DNA of 64,000 nucleotides, taken from the NCBI GenBank assembly GCA_965200425.1, contig CBDAUA010000001.1:194215-258214 (forward strand). Reading direction: 5' to 3'. Below are positions 37,251-46,216 of this stretch, piece by piece. Made by a program: the position numbers and the translations under genes. This DNA is from Arenicellales bacterium (GTDB lineage Bacteria; Pseudomonadota; Gammaproteobacteria; Arenicellales; JAJDZL01). The notes under the pieces are model-generated. The model did not search any database. It had not been told where the DNA came from and saw only the letters and a program-made list of their open reading frames with translations. The first letter of the stretch is position 1, and the number at the start of each line of letters is the position of its first letter.

Positions 37251-38621
37251 GTGATTTCAACTCTTGAAGCACTCTCGCCAATAGACGGACGGTACGCTAG
37301 TCGAGTTGCTTCGTTACGCGCAGTTTTCAGTGAATTTGGGCTCATCAAATACAGAGCCCATGTTGAAATTGAATGGCTGATAGCAATTGCTCAGCTATCT
37401 GATTTGAAAGAACTAAATACATTTTCCGATGAATTGATTGAAAAACTTCGGTCAGTTGTGCGCAACTTTTCAGTAACCGACGCTGAAGTTGTAAAGCGTA
37501 TCGAGCGCGAAACGAATCACGACGTGAAAGCACTTGAATACTTCTTGAAAGATCGGCTAAAGGATATTCCAGAACTTGAGAATTGTTTGGAGTTTATCCA
37601 CTTTGGGTGCACCTCCTACGACATCAACGACAACTGCTTCGGTCTAATGCTAAAGCATTCACGCGATACTGTTATGTATCCTCAATTGAAAACTTTACGA
37701 CTTGACTTATCAGAGCTAGCAGTTCGTTTCGCGGGTGTACCAATGTTAGGTCGGACCCATGGCCAACCTGCATCTCCGACGACAGTCGGAAAGGAGTTAC
37801 GCGTATTCGCAAGCCGTTTAGATGATCAATCAAAAAAGCTGATGTCAGTATCGATCAAGGGAAAGCTAAATGGGGCTGTAGGAAATTTCAATGCCTTGAA
37901 TTGCGCCTATCCCGATATAAGCTGGCACAAAGTGACTAAACAGTTTGTGGAAAATCTAGGACTTGATTACAACCTAGTAACAACGCAAATCGAACCTCAC
38001 GACTACATTGCTGAACTGTGCCAAGCCTACCAACGAATCAATACCATTTTGATCGATTTATGTCGAGATTTGTGGGGATACATCGCAATGGACTACTTTA
38101 AGCAGAAAGTTGTACAAGATGAAGTTGGGTCATCGGCTATGCCACACAAGGTCAACCCGATTGATTTTGAAAATGCCGAAGGTAATTTAGGTATCGCAAA
38201 TTCTTTGTTAACACACTTTGCCGAAAAGCTTCCTATCAGTCGATGGCAAAGAGACCTCAGTGACTCTACCGTACTACGAAACCTTGGAGTCGCGGTAGCT
38301 CACAGTTTGATTTCTTATCAATCTGTGATTACTGGGTTAAAAAAGCTAGAAATCAATGTCGACCGAATCAACGAGGACTTAGAAAGATCCTGGGAAGTAT
38401 TGAGTGAAGCGATACAGACAGTTCTTCGCAAGTGCGGCCGTGAGTTGCCTTATGAGCAGTTAAAAGATCTGACCAGAGGTGTAAAAGTCGACCAGCTGAC
38501 TATTGCCGAATTTATTGATCAGCTGAACTTAACTGTTAGGGAAAAACAGAAACTCTTAGAACTAACGCCGCATCGCTACATTGGTATTGCTGAAGAACTA
38601 TCTCGAGGAAACTCCGACTAG
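37251..38621 (+). CDS. purB: Adenylosuccinate lyase
   Basis: Signature SSAMPHKVNP. N-terminus LSPIDGRYASRVASLRAVFSEFGL parallels my recollection of E. coli PurB. The GTG at 37251 gives 456 aa, which I recall as the E. coli length. The track's upstream ATG extension overlaps cyoE. Confidence 0.9.
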   Translation: MISTLEALSPIDGRYASRVASLRAVFSEFGLIKYRAHVEIEWLIAIAQLSDLKELNTFSDELIEKLRSVVRNFSVTDAEVVKRIERETNHDVKALEYFLKDRLKDIPELENCLEFIHFGCTSYDINDNCFGLMLKHSRDTVMYPQLKTLRLDLSELAVRFAGVPMLGRTHGQPASPTTVGKELRVFASRLDDQSKKLMSVSIKGKLNGAVGNFNALNCAYPDISWHKVTKQFVENLGLDYNLVTTQIEPHDYIAELCQAYQRINTILIDLCRDLWGYIAMDYFKQKVVQDEVGSSAMPHKVNPIDFENAEGNLGIANSLLTHFAEKLPISRWQRDLSDSTVLRNLGVAVAHSLISYQSVITGLKKLEINVDRINEDLERSWEVLSEAIQTVLRKCGRELPYEQLKDLTRGVKVDQLTIAEFIDQLNLTVREKQKLLELTPHRYIGIAEELSRGNSD

Positions 38622-38645
38622 AATTCGAAAGTTCCACAGTCCAAA

Positions 38646-39185
38646 TCACTTACCACAACTGTCGGCAATTTGTTTAAACAGATTTTGATCTGATGGATCG
38701 AACTCAAAGTAGCTTCGTATAGAAGTCTCATCCAAGGTCACATCGAAACTAGCTATCGCAGGATCGAGTATTCGACCAAGCGTGATCAAAATGAACTCGT
38801 AATCAAAGGAAGCCGCCCCTCTGTAAAACACCAAAGATCCCGACTGAGTATCAGAAAAACTTAACCAATCCAGAGTCTTCTGATCGGCATCTGACCTTAT
38901 CGTCACACTTCTACGCCAAGACCGAGGCAAAATTGACTTGTGAGTTAAAAGTAGGAAAACTCCGGGCTGACAGTTGATTGTGATAGTCGGATACTCTTCA
39001 GGGTCGTGAGGAACATAGTCACCTCTACAGACCAACGATCGCCCCGGAGTAACAATGACACAATTTTCTGACTGAATAGGATCTGGTCCAATTTGATCAG
39101 ATTCAATAGCAAGTGTTGCTATCGAGATTAAAAATGTTGCAACAAAGAGTGAAAAAGTTAAAGTCCACTTAGATTGAATAAACAT
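38646..39185 (-). CDS. Hypothetical secreted/anchored Cys-containing protein (paralog B)
   Basis: Internal ATG at 39185 gives a signal/anchor MFIQSKWTLTFSLFVATFLISIATLAIES. Shares a conserved Cys scaffold with the upstream gene. No recognisable family. Confidence 0.55.
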   Translation of the reverse strand: MFIQSKWTLTFSLFVATFLISIATLAIESDQIGPDPIQSENCVIVTPGRSLVCRGDYVPHDPEEYPTITINCQPGVFLLLTHKSILPRSWRRSVTIRSDADQKTLDWLSFSDTQSGSLVFYRGAASFDYEFILITLGRILDPAIASFDVTLDETSIRSYFEFDPSDQNLFKQIADSCGK

Positions 39186-39219
39186 AATTCGATTGACGTT
39201 TATTCTACGTTGAAACTGT

Positions 39220-39747
39220 TCAATTCTGACAATTGTCGAAGAAAGCTTGCGCTGCCTTCCACTCACCTCCAGCTAAAGAGATACGACCATAAATATCGTC
39301 CGGAATAATTTTAAATTTCAATTCTTTGATTTTGGGTTTACTCAAAGCTTTCAATAAATTAGTGAATCCTTGGTTCGCTGGATCAACCCTATTTGATAAA
39401 AAGGATTCCTTTGGTTCTGGTGCCATCCACATATCAACAAATTGTTGACCAGATCTATCCTCTAAGAAAATTTCAAACTGAATTTCTCGTACTGTTGATT
39501 TAGTTTGAACTAAATCGTGGTTCAGCAGAACTGCGTGATAGTCCTGAAAACAAGTAAAGACCAAGAATGGTTTAGAGTCTTCAGTGGTTTCTGGATGTGT
39601 AGAGCCACAAAAAAGAAAACCTTCTTCTGCGACCCAACAATTTCCGTGCTGAATCCATAGCAACTTATTTGTCTCAGATTGGGAAAAAGTATTCCCGCTA
39701 GCTGACAACAATAAAAGCCCAATAATTGAAATCAATACTTTATTCAT
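39220..39747 (-). CDS. Hypothetical secreted Cys-containing protein (paralog A)
   Basis: 175 aa with signal peptide MNKVLISIIGLLLLSASGNTFS. Cys scaffold NC-x9-C-G...TC...LLNH...C shared with the downstream gene. Confidence 0.55.
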   Translation of the reverse strand: MNKVLISIIGLLLLSASGNTFSQSETNKLLWIQHGNCWVAEEGFLFCGSTHPETTEDSKPFLVFTCFQDYHAVLLNHDLVQTKSTVREIQFEIFLEDRSGQQFVDMWMAPEPKESFLSNRVDPANQGFTNLLKALSKPKIKELKFKIIPDDIYGRISLAGGEWKAAQAFFDNCQN

Positions 39748-40766
39748 TGATTTGGTCGTTTTAATTAGTGCATCACTTTCAAGGTATTCATAAACTCCTT
39801 CGCGAGTAATCGCTAACTCGCCTAGCTCGATCTTTTTCTACAGAGCTTCAAACCAAGTTATTCCCTCCTATATCACTATAGGCACTACCGACAGTAACAT
39901 CAGTATTCAAACGGGTAATACATTCGTGGAATTTGTGCGTTTTGACAGCAAACCTATGTGTTCATCGGTTTAATGAGTTTAGGTAAAAAACCTATCAAAA
40001 TTGTACAAATATCCATAAGGACTTCACTGAGATTTGACTACTTTACAGAATCCATGCTCCTTAATTGTCAAGAATCTTGTACTTCCTAATAATAAGGTAG
40101 TTCTTATTTGGTGGCTTGGTGGTTTTGCGTTTTGAAACTCCTTATGGAATATTTGAGTGCTACACATTCGGCCTCAATCAGGTTTAGAAACTTTGAATTA
40201 ATGCACAGAAACATCATCTATTTCAGTAAGAGTTTTTGGTATAGAACCTCCATAACACAGCCTCCGCTTACTTGAAGCAGTGCATAAATTACTGCCGAAC
40301 TTCTTCCAAGTCATTGATACTATGAAGATAGTGCTAGGCAAAACCGCTGTTAGGTTCTTTCTATTTGATGACACCAACAATTTCTGGTCGGCTCAATGGA
40401 GAGTCGAATCATAGTGCTGTAACTGTTGTAGGCATATCGAACTCTCCTCGTAAATTGTCAAATAAGTTACTCAATAATCTGAATAAAACACTGCCGGACA
40501 AGATCAATTAGTGTCTGTTGCTTCGGATATACCACGTAATTTGCAATTTCAAACACATTTTGTTTGAAATCCTCCATAGTGTTCACACCACAACCAGAAA
40601 AATTTGATATCTTGCCTTATTCGAAAATTTAGCCAATGCGACAGCTGTTACGATTTATTTCAAAACTAAGGATGAGGTTGGAATTTACCAACGAAAAGAG
40701 ATTTAATTGTGAGTGCCATCGTCAGTGACGACGAATCGTATTGATTGATGCGTAGACAATAAATTC

Positions 40767-41209
40767 CTAGACGGGATATAAAAAGATGGGAATTGGGTTC
40801 ATTGAATTTAAGTTCAAAATCTTAATCCAATTGATGTCTCCATTTTCTAGGCTAGATTTTTTCGTAAATTCGAGAGTCAAATTGTCAATTTTTGTTCTCT
40901 TTGACGATATCTTTGTTTTGCTCGGGTAAAGTTATTACTCATTCTTTTCCTTTGATCAGCATTACCCCAATTGGACCCCGATTTAACGCTAACTATATGC
41001 AAAGCACTTGCACGATTAAATTCTAGATCAATTCCTTCAGCTATCGACTTTCTTCCATCAGAAAAGTGTTCACAGATACCGATTGCAATATCTTCTAGTG
41101 TGTTTCCAAAGATAGTTTCCTCACTCGAAGATAGTGTTGCGTCCACGAGAGATTGAACAAATTCTCTTGCTGAGTTAATTTTCTTGCACCGAAATAAGTA
41201 GGGACCCAT
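40767..41209 (-). pseudogene. Type II restriction endonuclease-like remnant (truncated and frameshifted)
   Basis: The 110-aa ORF carries GIDLEF...HIVSVKSGSNWGNADQ, a pattern I recall from small type II REs (TdeIII/Eco47II/PmeII-like; the exact family is uncertain). After its stop a protein-like reading continues in another frame (IDNLTLEFTKKSSLENGDINWIKILNLNS) down to 40767. It lacks a plausible N-terminus and overlaps the methyltransferase remnant. Confidence 0.45.
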
Positions 41210-41759
41210 TGCCTACTGCAGAAGTATCACGTAGTTTATCGATTTGGCTCAAGTTCGTAAGACGTTGTTCCGCCCAACTCCCCATAGGTACCCTAACGGC
41301 TTCTTGATACATTGAAAATTTTTTCTGAGTTTTGAAATGTAAAAGACGTTCCCATGCATCTCGAAAACGATTCGGCCACTTCCCAGGATAACTATTATTC
41401 TTGTGCCAAACATATTCTTCCGTCCATAACCAACCCTGTTTCTTCAACTCCAAGATCAATTCCAACACAAAAGGATGACGCTCGCCTTTCACTACTCTTT
41501 CTTTAATATTCAAGACAAAAGACCCTGTTGGCTTTAAAACTCTAAGTAACTCTTCAGAAATAGGTAGCAACCAGGCAACATAGTCGTCCGGATGGATGCC
41601 TCCATAGGTACTTCGTCTAGCATCGGCATATGGTGGGGAATGATAATCAAGTCAACCGTTTTTGATTCGATAAATGATTTGAGGCTGTAAATCTTGCTCA
41701 ACAGTTTGTGGAATTTCTGAAATTAAATCCAGCAAAGGAGAATTGCTTTCGGTACTCAT
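41175..41759 (-). pseudogene. N4/N6 DNA methyltransferase pseudogene (in-frame stop, frameshift, 3' truncation)
   Basis: Reading from the ATG at 41759 hits an in-frame TGA at 41652-41654. It is directly followed by LDYHSPPYADARRSTYGGIHPDDYVAWLLPISEELLRVLKPTGSFVLNIKE (SPPY catalytic motif). The expected upstream SFIESKTVDLII sits in the +1 frame, implying a 1-nt indel. No C-terminal FxGxG AdoMet motif remains before the stop at 41175. Confidence 0.8.
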
Positions 41760-41780
41760 AGTTAAGAATATTGCGAATTT

Positions 41781-42218
41781 GTAGTCCCGCTAGATGGAAC
41801 TTGGGTGAAATGTGAGCTTTCTTAGAATCATGCGATAGTCATTTACTTACTTTATCTAAATTTTCTAATGAAACCCAAATTGAGCTAAATTCGTCTGAAG
41901 CTTCTAGAGGAATTTCATTGGTTGTTAAGATGAGAAAAACAGCAATTTCTCATCGGAACTAGCCATATCCGTTATATTTAGTCGTAGTCGGTTTTAGCTT
42001 TACTCTGGAACGTTCATGATTGTAATGACCGACGTTCTTCAGAGCGCTTGAGTCCACCAAAGTTAACCTGAAAAATAGAGAATGTATTCATTGGATTTGA
42101 AACAAACGACTCGAGGAGATCAACTATAGAGCATTTTTATAATACCTGGCGGTTACATTCATCGCTAGGCTATCAAAGTCCGAATGTTTATGCGCAAGAA
42201 TTGGTTGAGCGGTCATGA
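41781..42218 (+). mobile_element. IS3-family transposase (OrfB/rve domain) remnant, multiply disrupted
   Basis: The C-terminal tail STIEHFYNTWRLHSSLGYQSPNVYAQE (42120-42200, stop 42216-42218) matches the conserved IS3 integrase-core ending. Upstream pieces lie in shifted frames: TFFRALESTKVNL, GFSFTLERS, and ISHRN followed by an in-frame TAG at 41960-41962. There is no intact ORF, no OrfA and no recognisable inverted repeats. Confidence 0.75.
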
Positions 42219-42322
42219 CGACGAAGCAGAACGAATGGATGAAAAAGGATTTAGACAAAATTTTCATGGCATTGTTCACGCGATTAGATCGTGTTGTGCA
42301 AGATAGATTTTCATAGAACTAA

Positions 42323-43036
42323 ATGAGATTAACCAAGCATCTTGCACAAAAAGGAATGTGTTCGCGCCGAGAAGCAGAAATGTTCATTCGACGAGGGTGG
42401 ATCAATGTTGACGGGGAAAAGGTTACTCGGTTGGGCACTAAGATCAGTGTAACCAGTCACATTGAGGTACTACCGCAAGTTCAAAACTATCAGAACCAAC
42501 TGATAACGGTTTTGCTACATAAGCCCGTCGGCTATGTTTCTGGGCAACCAGAAAAAGGATATCGTCCGGCTGCTTCGTTAATCACAAGAAAACGACAGCA
42601 TGGTTCCACATCGCGCAAATTGAAGTGGCCACTCAAACGATTGGCACCAGCTGGACGATTAGACATTGATTCGAGTGGGTTGCTCGTATTCAGCCAGGAT
42701 GGACGAATTCCGCGTCAATTGATCGGCCCAGATTCAAACGTTGAAAAGGAATACCTCGTCCGAGTGAATCGTAATGTTAGCTCTAAACAAATTGAGAAGC
42801 TTTCTTACGGTATCGAACTAGATAATGTTGTTTTAAAACAAGCTCAAATCGATAAGCTCGATACCAACTTCCTTCGGTTTGTTTTGAAACAAGGTAGGAA
42901 ACGACAAATTCGTCGAATGTGTCGAGTTGTCGGACTGCAGGTCACTGGCTTAAAACGAGTTCGTATAGGGAATGTTCACCTCGGTTCATTGCCTTCCGGC
43001 TGTTGGCGATTGCTCACCAAAGCGGAGAACTTTTGA
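42323..43036 (+). CDS. rluF: S4-domain pseudouridine synthase, RsuA/RluF family
   Basis: 237 aa. N-terminal S4 motif (RLTKHLAQKGMCSRREAE), catalytic GRLDIDSSGLLV, then EKEYLVRV and KRQIRRMC, which parallel my recollection of E. coli RluF. Confidence 0.65.
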   Translation: MRLTKHLAQKGMCSRREAEMFIRRGWINVDGEKVTRLGTKISVTSHIEVLPQVQNYQNQLITVLLHKPVGYVSGQPEKGYRPAASLITRKRQHGSTSRKLKWPLKRLAPAGRLDIDSSGLLVFSQDGRIPRQLIGPDSNVEKEYLVRVNRNVSSKQIEKLSYGIELDNVVLKQAQIDKLDTNFLRFVLKQGRKRQIRRMCRVVGLQVTGLKRVRIGNVHLGSLPSGCWRLLTKAENF

Positions 43037-43037
43037 C

Positions 43038-44147
43038 GTGCCTGTCTATCAGCTGGTTAAACCAATATTGATGGGCATTGACGAAGAACGGGCAAATGAA
43101 TGTGTCATTCGTTTATCCCAAACCTCATTTGCGACTCGATTAAGCCCCTTCTATGGAAACAGAGTTCCCACACTACCGGTCGAGGTGTTCGGTAAAACAA
43201 TTTCAAACCCAGTCGGTCTTGCACCCGGTCTAGATAAAGATGCTCTTGCGTTAAACTCTTTTTCTAACTTTGGATTTGGATTCACCGAAGTCGGAACAGT
43301 GACACCAAAATCCCAGCTTGGTAATCCGACTCCCCGAATCTTTCGAATTGTTGAAGATGAAGCAATCGTAAATCGATTAGGTTTTCCCAGCTGTGGACTA
43401 ACTGACTTTAGAACTAACCTTAATCGGGCGATAAGATCTCCCAAAAAGTCCTTCATTGGCGTCAATCTCGGAACGAACAAAATAACCTCACAAGATCGTG
43501 CAATCAGTGATTATGTTCGTGGACTAGAAGAAATCTATGAACTTGCCGAACACATTGGCTACATCGTAATCAATATTTCTTCTCCGAATACCGAAGGCCT
43601 TCGAGATTTGCAGCTGAATGAAAACATAACAGAACTGCTAAGTACTGTTATGTCTACGAGGAATAGTTTGGCTTCAATACACGACGGTCAAAAGATTCCA
43701 ATTTCAATTAAAGTCTCACCAGATCTACAGAAGCCTCAATTACGTGAATTAGTCGAAATTGCGCTAGAGTACAAGGTTGATGCGATTACCGCGACGAATT
43801 CAACGATCCAAAGACCCGATAACTTAAAACACCAAAACTATTCTGAAAGAGGGGGATTGAGTGGCAACCCATTACAACCGATATCGAATCAAATTATTCG
43901 AACGATTTCAGAAGTGACGCAAGGCGCGATTCCGATTTTTGGTGTTGGAGGAGTTTTTACCGCTGAGGACGCATGGCAGAAGCTTTTAGCGGGTGCAGAT
44001 TTGGTTCAAATTTGCTCGGCGTTGGTATACAGGGGCCCCACAGTTGTAAGAGACATCGTGGTTGGAATTAAAAATTACGCCAAAACATTTGACACTGAAT
44101 GCTTCAGTAACGCTGTGAAATTGGCACGCGAGGAACAATCTACTTAG
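43038..44147 (+). CDS. pyrD: Dihydroorotate dehydrogenase (quinone), class 2
   Basis: NPVGLAPGLDKD, GFGFTEVGTVTP, INISSPNTEGLR, GGLSG and IFGVGGV segments. The GTG at 43038 begins 1 nt after the rluF-like stop; the ATG at 43071 is an alternative start. Confidence 0.9.
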   Translation: MPVYQLVKPILMGIDEERANECVIRLSQTSFATRLSPFYGNRVPTLPVEVFGKTISNPVGLAPGLDKDALALNSFSNFGFGFTEVGTVTPKSQLGNPTPRIFRIVEDEAIVNRLGFPSCGLTDFRTNLNRAIRSPKKSFIGVNLGTNKITSQDRAISDYVRGLEEIYELAEHIGYIVINISSPNTEGLRDLQLNENITELLSTVMSTRNSLASIHDGQKIPISIKVSPDLQKPQLRELVEIALEYKVDAITATNSTIQRPDNLKHQNYSERGGLSGNPLQPISNQIIRTISEVTQGAIPIFGVGGVFTAEDAWQKLLAGADLVQICSALVYRGPTVVRDIVVGIKNYAKTFDTECFSNAVKLAREEQST

Positions 44148-44161
44148 CAGAGCTGACTTGT

Positions 44162-45115
44162 TCACAAACCAGTCTTCTCATCGAAGTCGAGCATTAAATT
44201 GAGCGACTGAACCGCCGCACCACTCGCACCTTTGCCCAAGTTATCTAGAATTCCAACTAGCAATGAATGACCCGAGGGATGTTGAATGACATGAAGATCA
44301 ACACGATTTGTACCATTGCAAACTTGAGGATCAAACTGAAACTCAGTAGCGCCGTTCCAATCGCTAGACAGGACGTTGACAAATGCCTCATCTTGATATC
44401 GCTCCAAAAGAACCTCATAAACTCTTTTTGTTGAACCATTTCCAGTTTGTGGAAACAAAGATTTATGCAGTGGAATTTCTACTCGCATCCCTTGCGAAAA
44501 CGGTCCGACTCGAGGCAAAAACTGAGGCTCTGAACTTAGGCCTGAATACTTCATCATCTCCGGTATATGCTTGTGCTTTCGATCCAGTGCATAAGGAGCC
44601 GAGAACGACAATGACCTCAGAGCATTTTCGCCTTCCCAGCGTTCAATCAATTTTCGACCGCCGCCGGAATATCCAGACAACGCGTGTATCACGGTTGGAC
44701 AATCTGAACTAAGTATTCCCTCCTTCATCAATGGACGTAAAAACAAAATGACCGATGTAGGATAACAACCTGGATTTGCGACAAATTTTGCATTCTTGAT
44801 GGATTTTCGTACTTCAGGCGAGATTTCTGGTAAGCCATACACCCATCCTTTGGATACTCGATGGGCCGTACTTGCATCAATCACTCTTGTCTCAGATTCA
44901 GAAGCCCAATTTGCAGCTTGAATCGCCGCCTCATCTGGCAAACAAAGAATCGTTAATTCGGAATCTTGAACCGCTGCTCGTCGCGCTGAATCGACTTTTC
45001 GCAGATGATCAGGAAGACGCAGAATCTGAATGTCTTCTCGGCCGGATAGAAATTCTGAAATTTTTAATGCTGTCGTACCGGCCTGCCCGTCAATATAAAT
45101 CTTGGGTTGAGCCAT
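44162..45115 (-). CDS. argC: N-acetyl-gamma-glutamyl-phosphate reductase, short (type 2) form
   Basis: About 317 aa. N-terminal KIYIDGQAGTTALKI and catalytic Cys in NPGCYPT. The ATG at 45115 shares one nucleotide with the upstream TGA (TGATG). Confidence 0.85.
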   Translation of the reverse strand: MAQPKIYIDGQAGTTALKISEFLSGREDIQILRLPDHLRKVDSARRAAVQDSELTILCLPDEAAIQAANWASESETRVIDASTAHRVSKGWVYGLPEISPEVRKSIKNAKFVANPGCYPTSVILFLRPLMKEGILSSDCPTVIHALSGYSGGGRKLIERWEGENALRSLSFSAPYALDRKHKHIPEMMKYSGLSSEPQFLPRVGPFSQGMRVEIPLHKSLFPQTGNGSTKRVYEVLLERYQDEAFVNVLSSDWNGATEFQFDPQVCNGTNRVDLHVIQHPSGHSLLVGILDNLGKGASGAAVQSLNLMLDFDEKTGL

Positions 45116-46212
45116 CACTCAAGGGGTAACATAACGGTCGCATCCTCCGCCCACGACAACCAAACCTTTCGATCTGCGTTTCGTACCAAATCCAATGAAG
45201 CAGTGAGATTCTGCAACGCGACTGAAATAGGCTCGTCACGATTCGGAACATGGATATAAAAATGACTCCGATCGCCGAGATATGCCGATGGCCCCATACG
45301 ACCCGCAACGACATTCGGTGCATCTTCCAATTCTTCAAATGAGAGTGCAATTTTTTCGGGACGAACAGCCAATAAAAAATCTTCTCCTGAAGCTACTACA
45401 GGCTTATCACATTTCAGTCGGACTTGACCTAACACTCTGGAGCTTCCGAAGGCAATACCGTTAGAAAATCCGCTTAAATTACACCGGAAAAAATTCATGG
45501 TTCCAATGAAGTCCGCGACAAATCTGGACTGTGGTGATTCGTAGAGCTCGCCGGGACTGGAAATTTCAATGACATCACCTTGGTTCATCACCGCAATCCG
45601 ATCCGATAGCGTAAGTGCCTCTTCCTGATCATGAGTAACGAATACGAAAGTGATTCCGATGTGCTGCTGCAAAAGTCGAAGTTCAATTTGCATTTGCTCT
45701 CTCAATTTCTTATCGAGTGCACCTAATGGTTCATCCAACAACAGAACTTGAGGTTGTTTAATTAGAGCGCGTGCCAAAGCGACGCGCTGTCGTTGTCCAC
45801 CTGATAACTCATCTGCGCCTCTATCTCCGTAGCCTGGTAGCTTGATGAGTTCTAACATCTCTTCAATCTTTGCAGCAAGATCTTGCTTCGAAAGTCCTGA
45901 TTTTCGCATTCCGAAAGCGATATTTCGAGCGACATTAAGGTGAGGGAAAATTGCATAGTTCTGAAAAACCATGTTCACAGGTCGAAAATTAGGTGGTGTC
46001 AGAGTTACATCCTCGCCACCAATTTCGATAGATCCCTGTGTTGGCAATTCAAATCCAGCCATCATACGTAACAAGGTTGTTTTGCCGCATCCGGAAGGCC
46101 CCAATAGCGAAAAAAATTCTCCTTGCAATACGTCGAAATTGACGTTGTTTACTGCCCGAACACTACCAAAATCTTTGGTTACATTTTTTATGGAAATAAT
46201 TGAGTTAGTCAT
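45115..46212 (-). CDS. Spermidine/putrescine-type ABC transporter ATP-binding protein (PotA-like)
   Basis: ATG at 46212 (MTNSIISIKNVTKDFG). GPSGCGKTT, LSGGQRQRVALARAL, LLLDEP, and a C-terminal TOBE-like region. Confidence 0.85.
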   Translation of the reverse strand: MTNSIISIKNVTKDFGSVRAVNNVNFDVLQGEFFSLLGPSGCGKTTLLRMMAGFELPTQGSIEIGGEDVTLTPPNFRPVNMVFQNYAIFPHLNVARNIAFGMRKSGLSKQDLAAKIEEMLELIKLPGYGDRGADELSGGQRQRVALARALIKQPQVLLLDEPLGALDKKLREQMQIELRLLQQHIGITFVFVTHDQEEALTLSDRIAVMNQGDVIEISSPGELYESPQSRFVADFIGTMNFFRCNLSGFSNGIAFGSSRVLGQVRLKCDKPVVASGEDFLLAVRPEKIALSFEELEDAPNVVAGRMGPSAYLGDRSHFYIHVPNRDEPISVALQNLTASLDLVRNADRKVWLSWAEDATVMLPLE

Positions 46213-46216
46213 AAAT

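Noticed and set aside
42972-43037. N-terminal extension of pyrD overlapping rluF (and similar extensions: purB 37188-37250, SBP 49248-49349, proX 11686-11721, PotA-like 46213-46272, SURF1 35384-35434)
   Set aside because: In each case a downstream start gives a homolog-like N-terminus or signal peptide and removes the overlap with the upstream gene. In several cases it also has an RBS.
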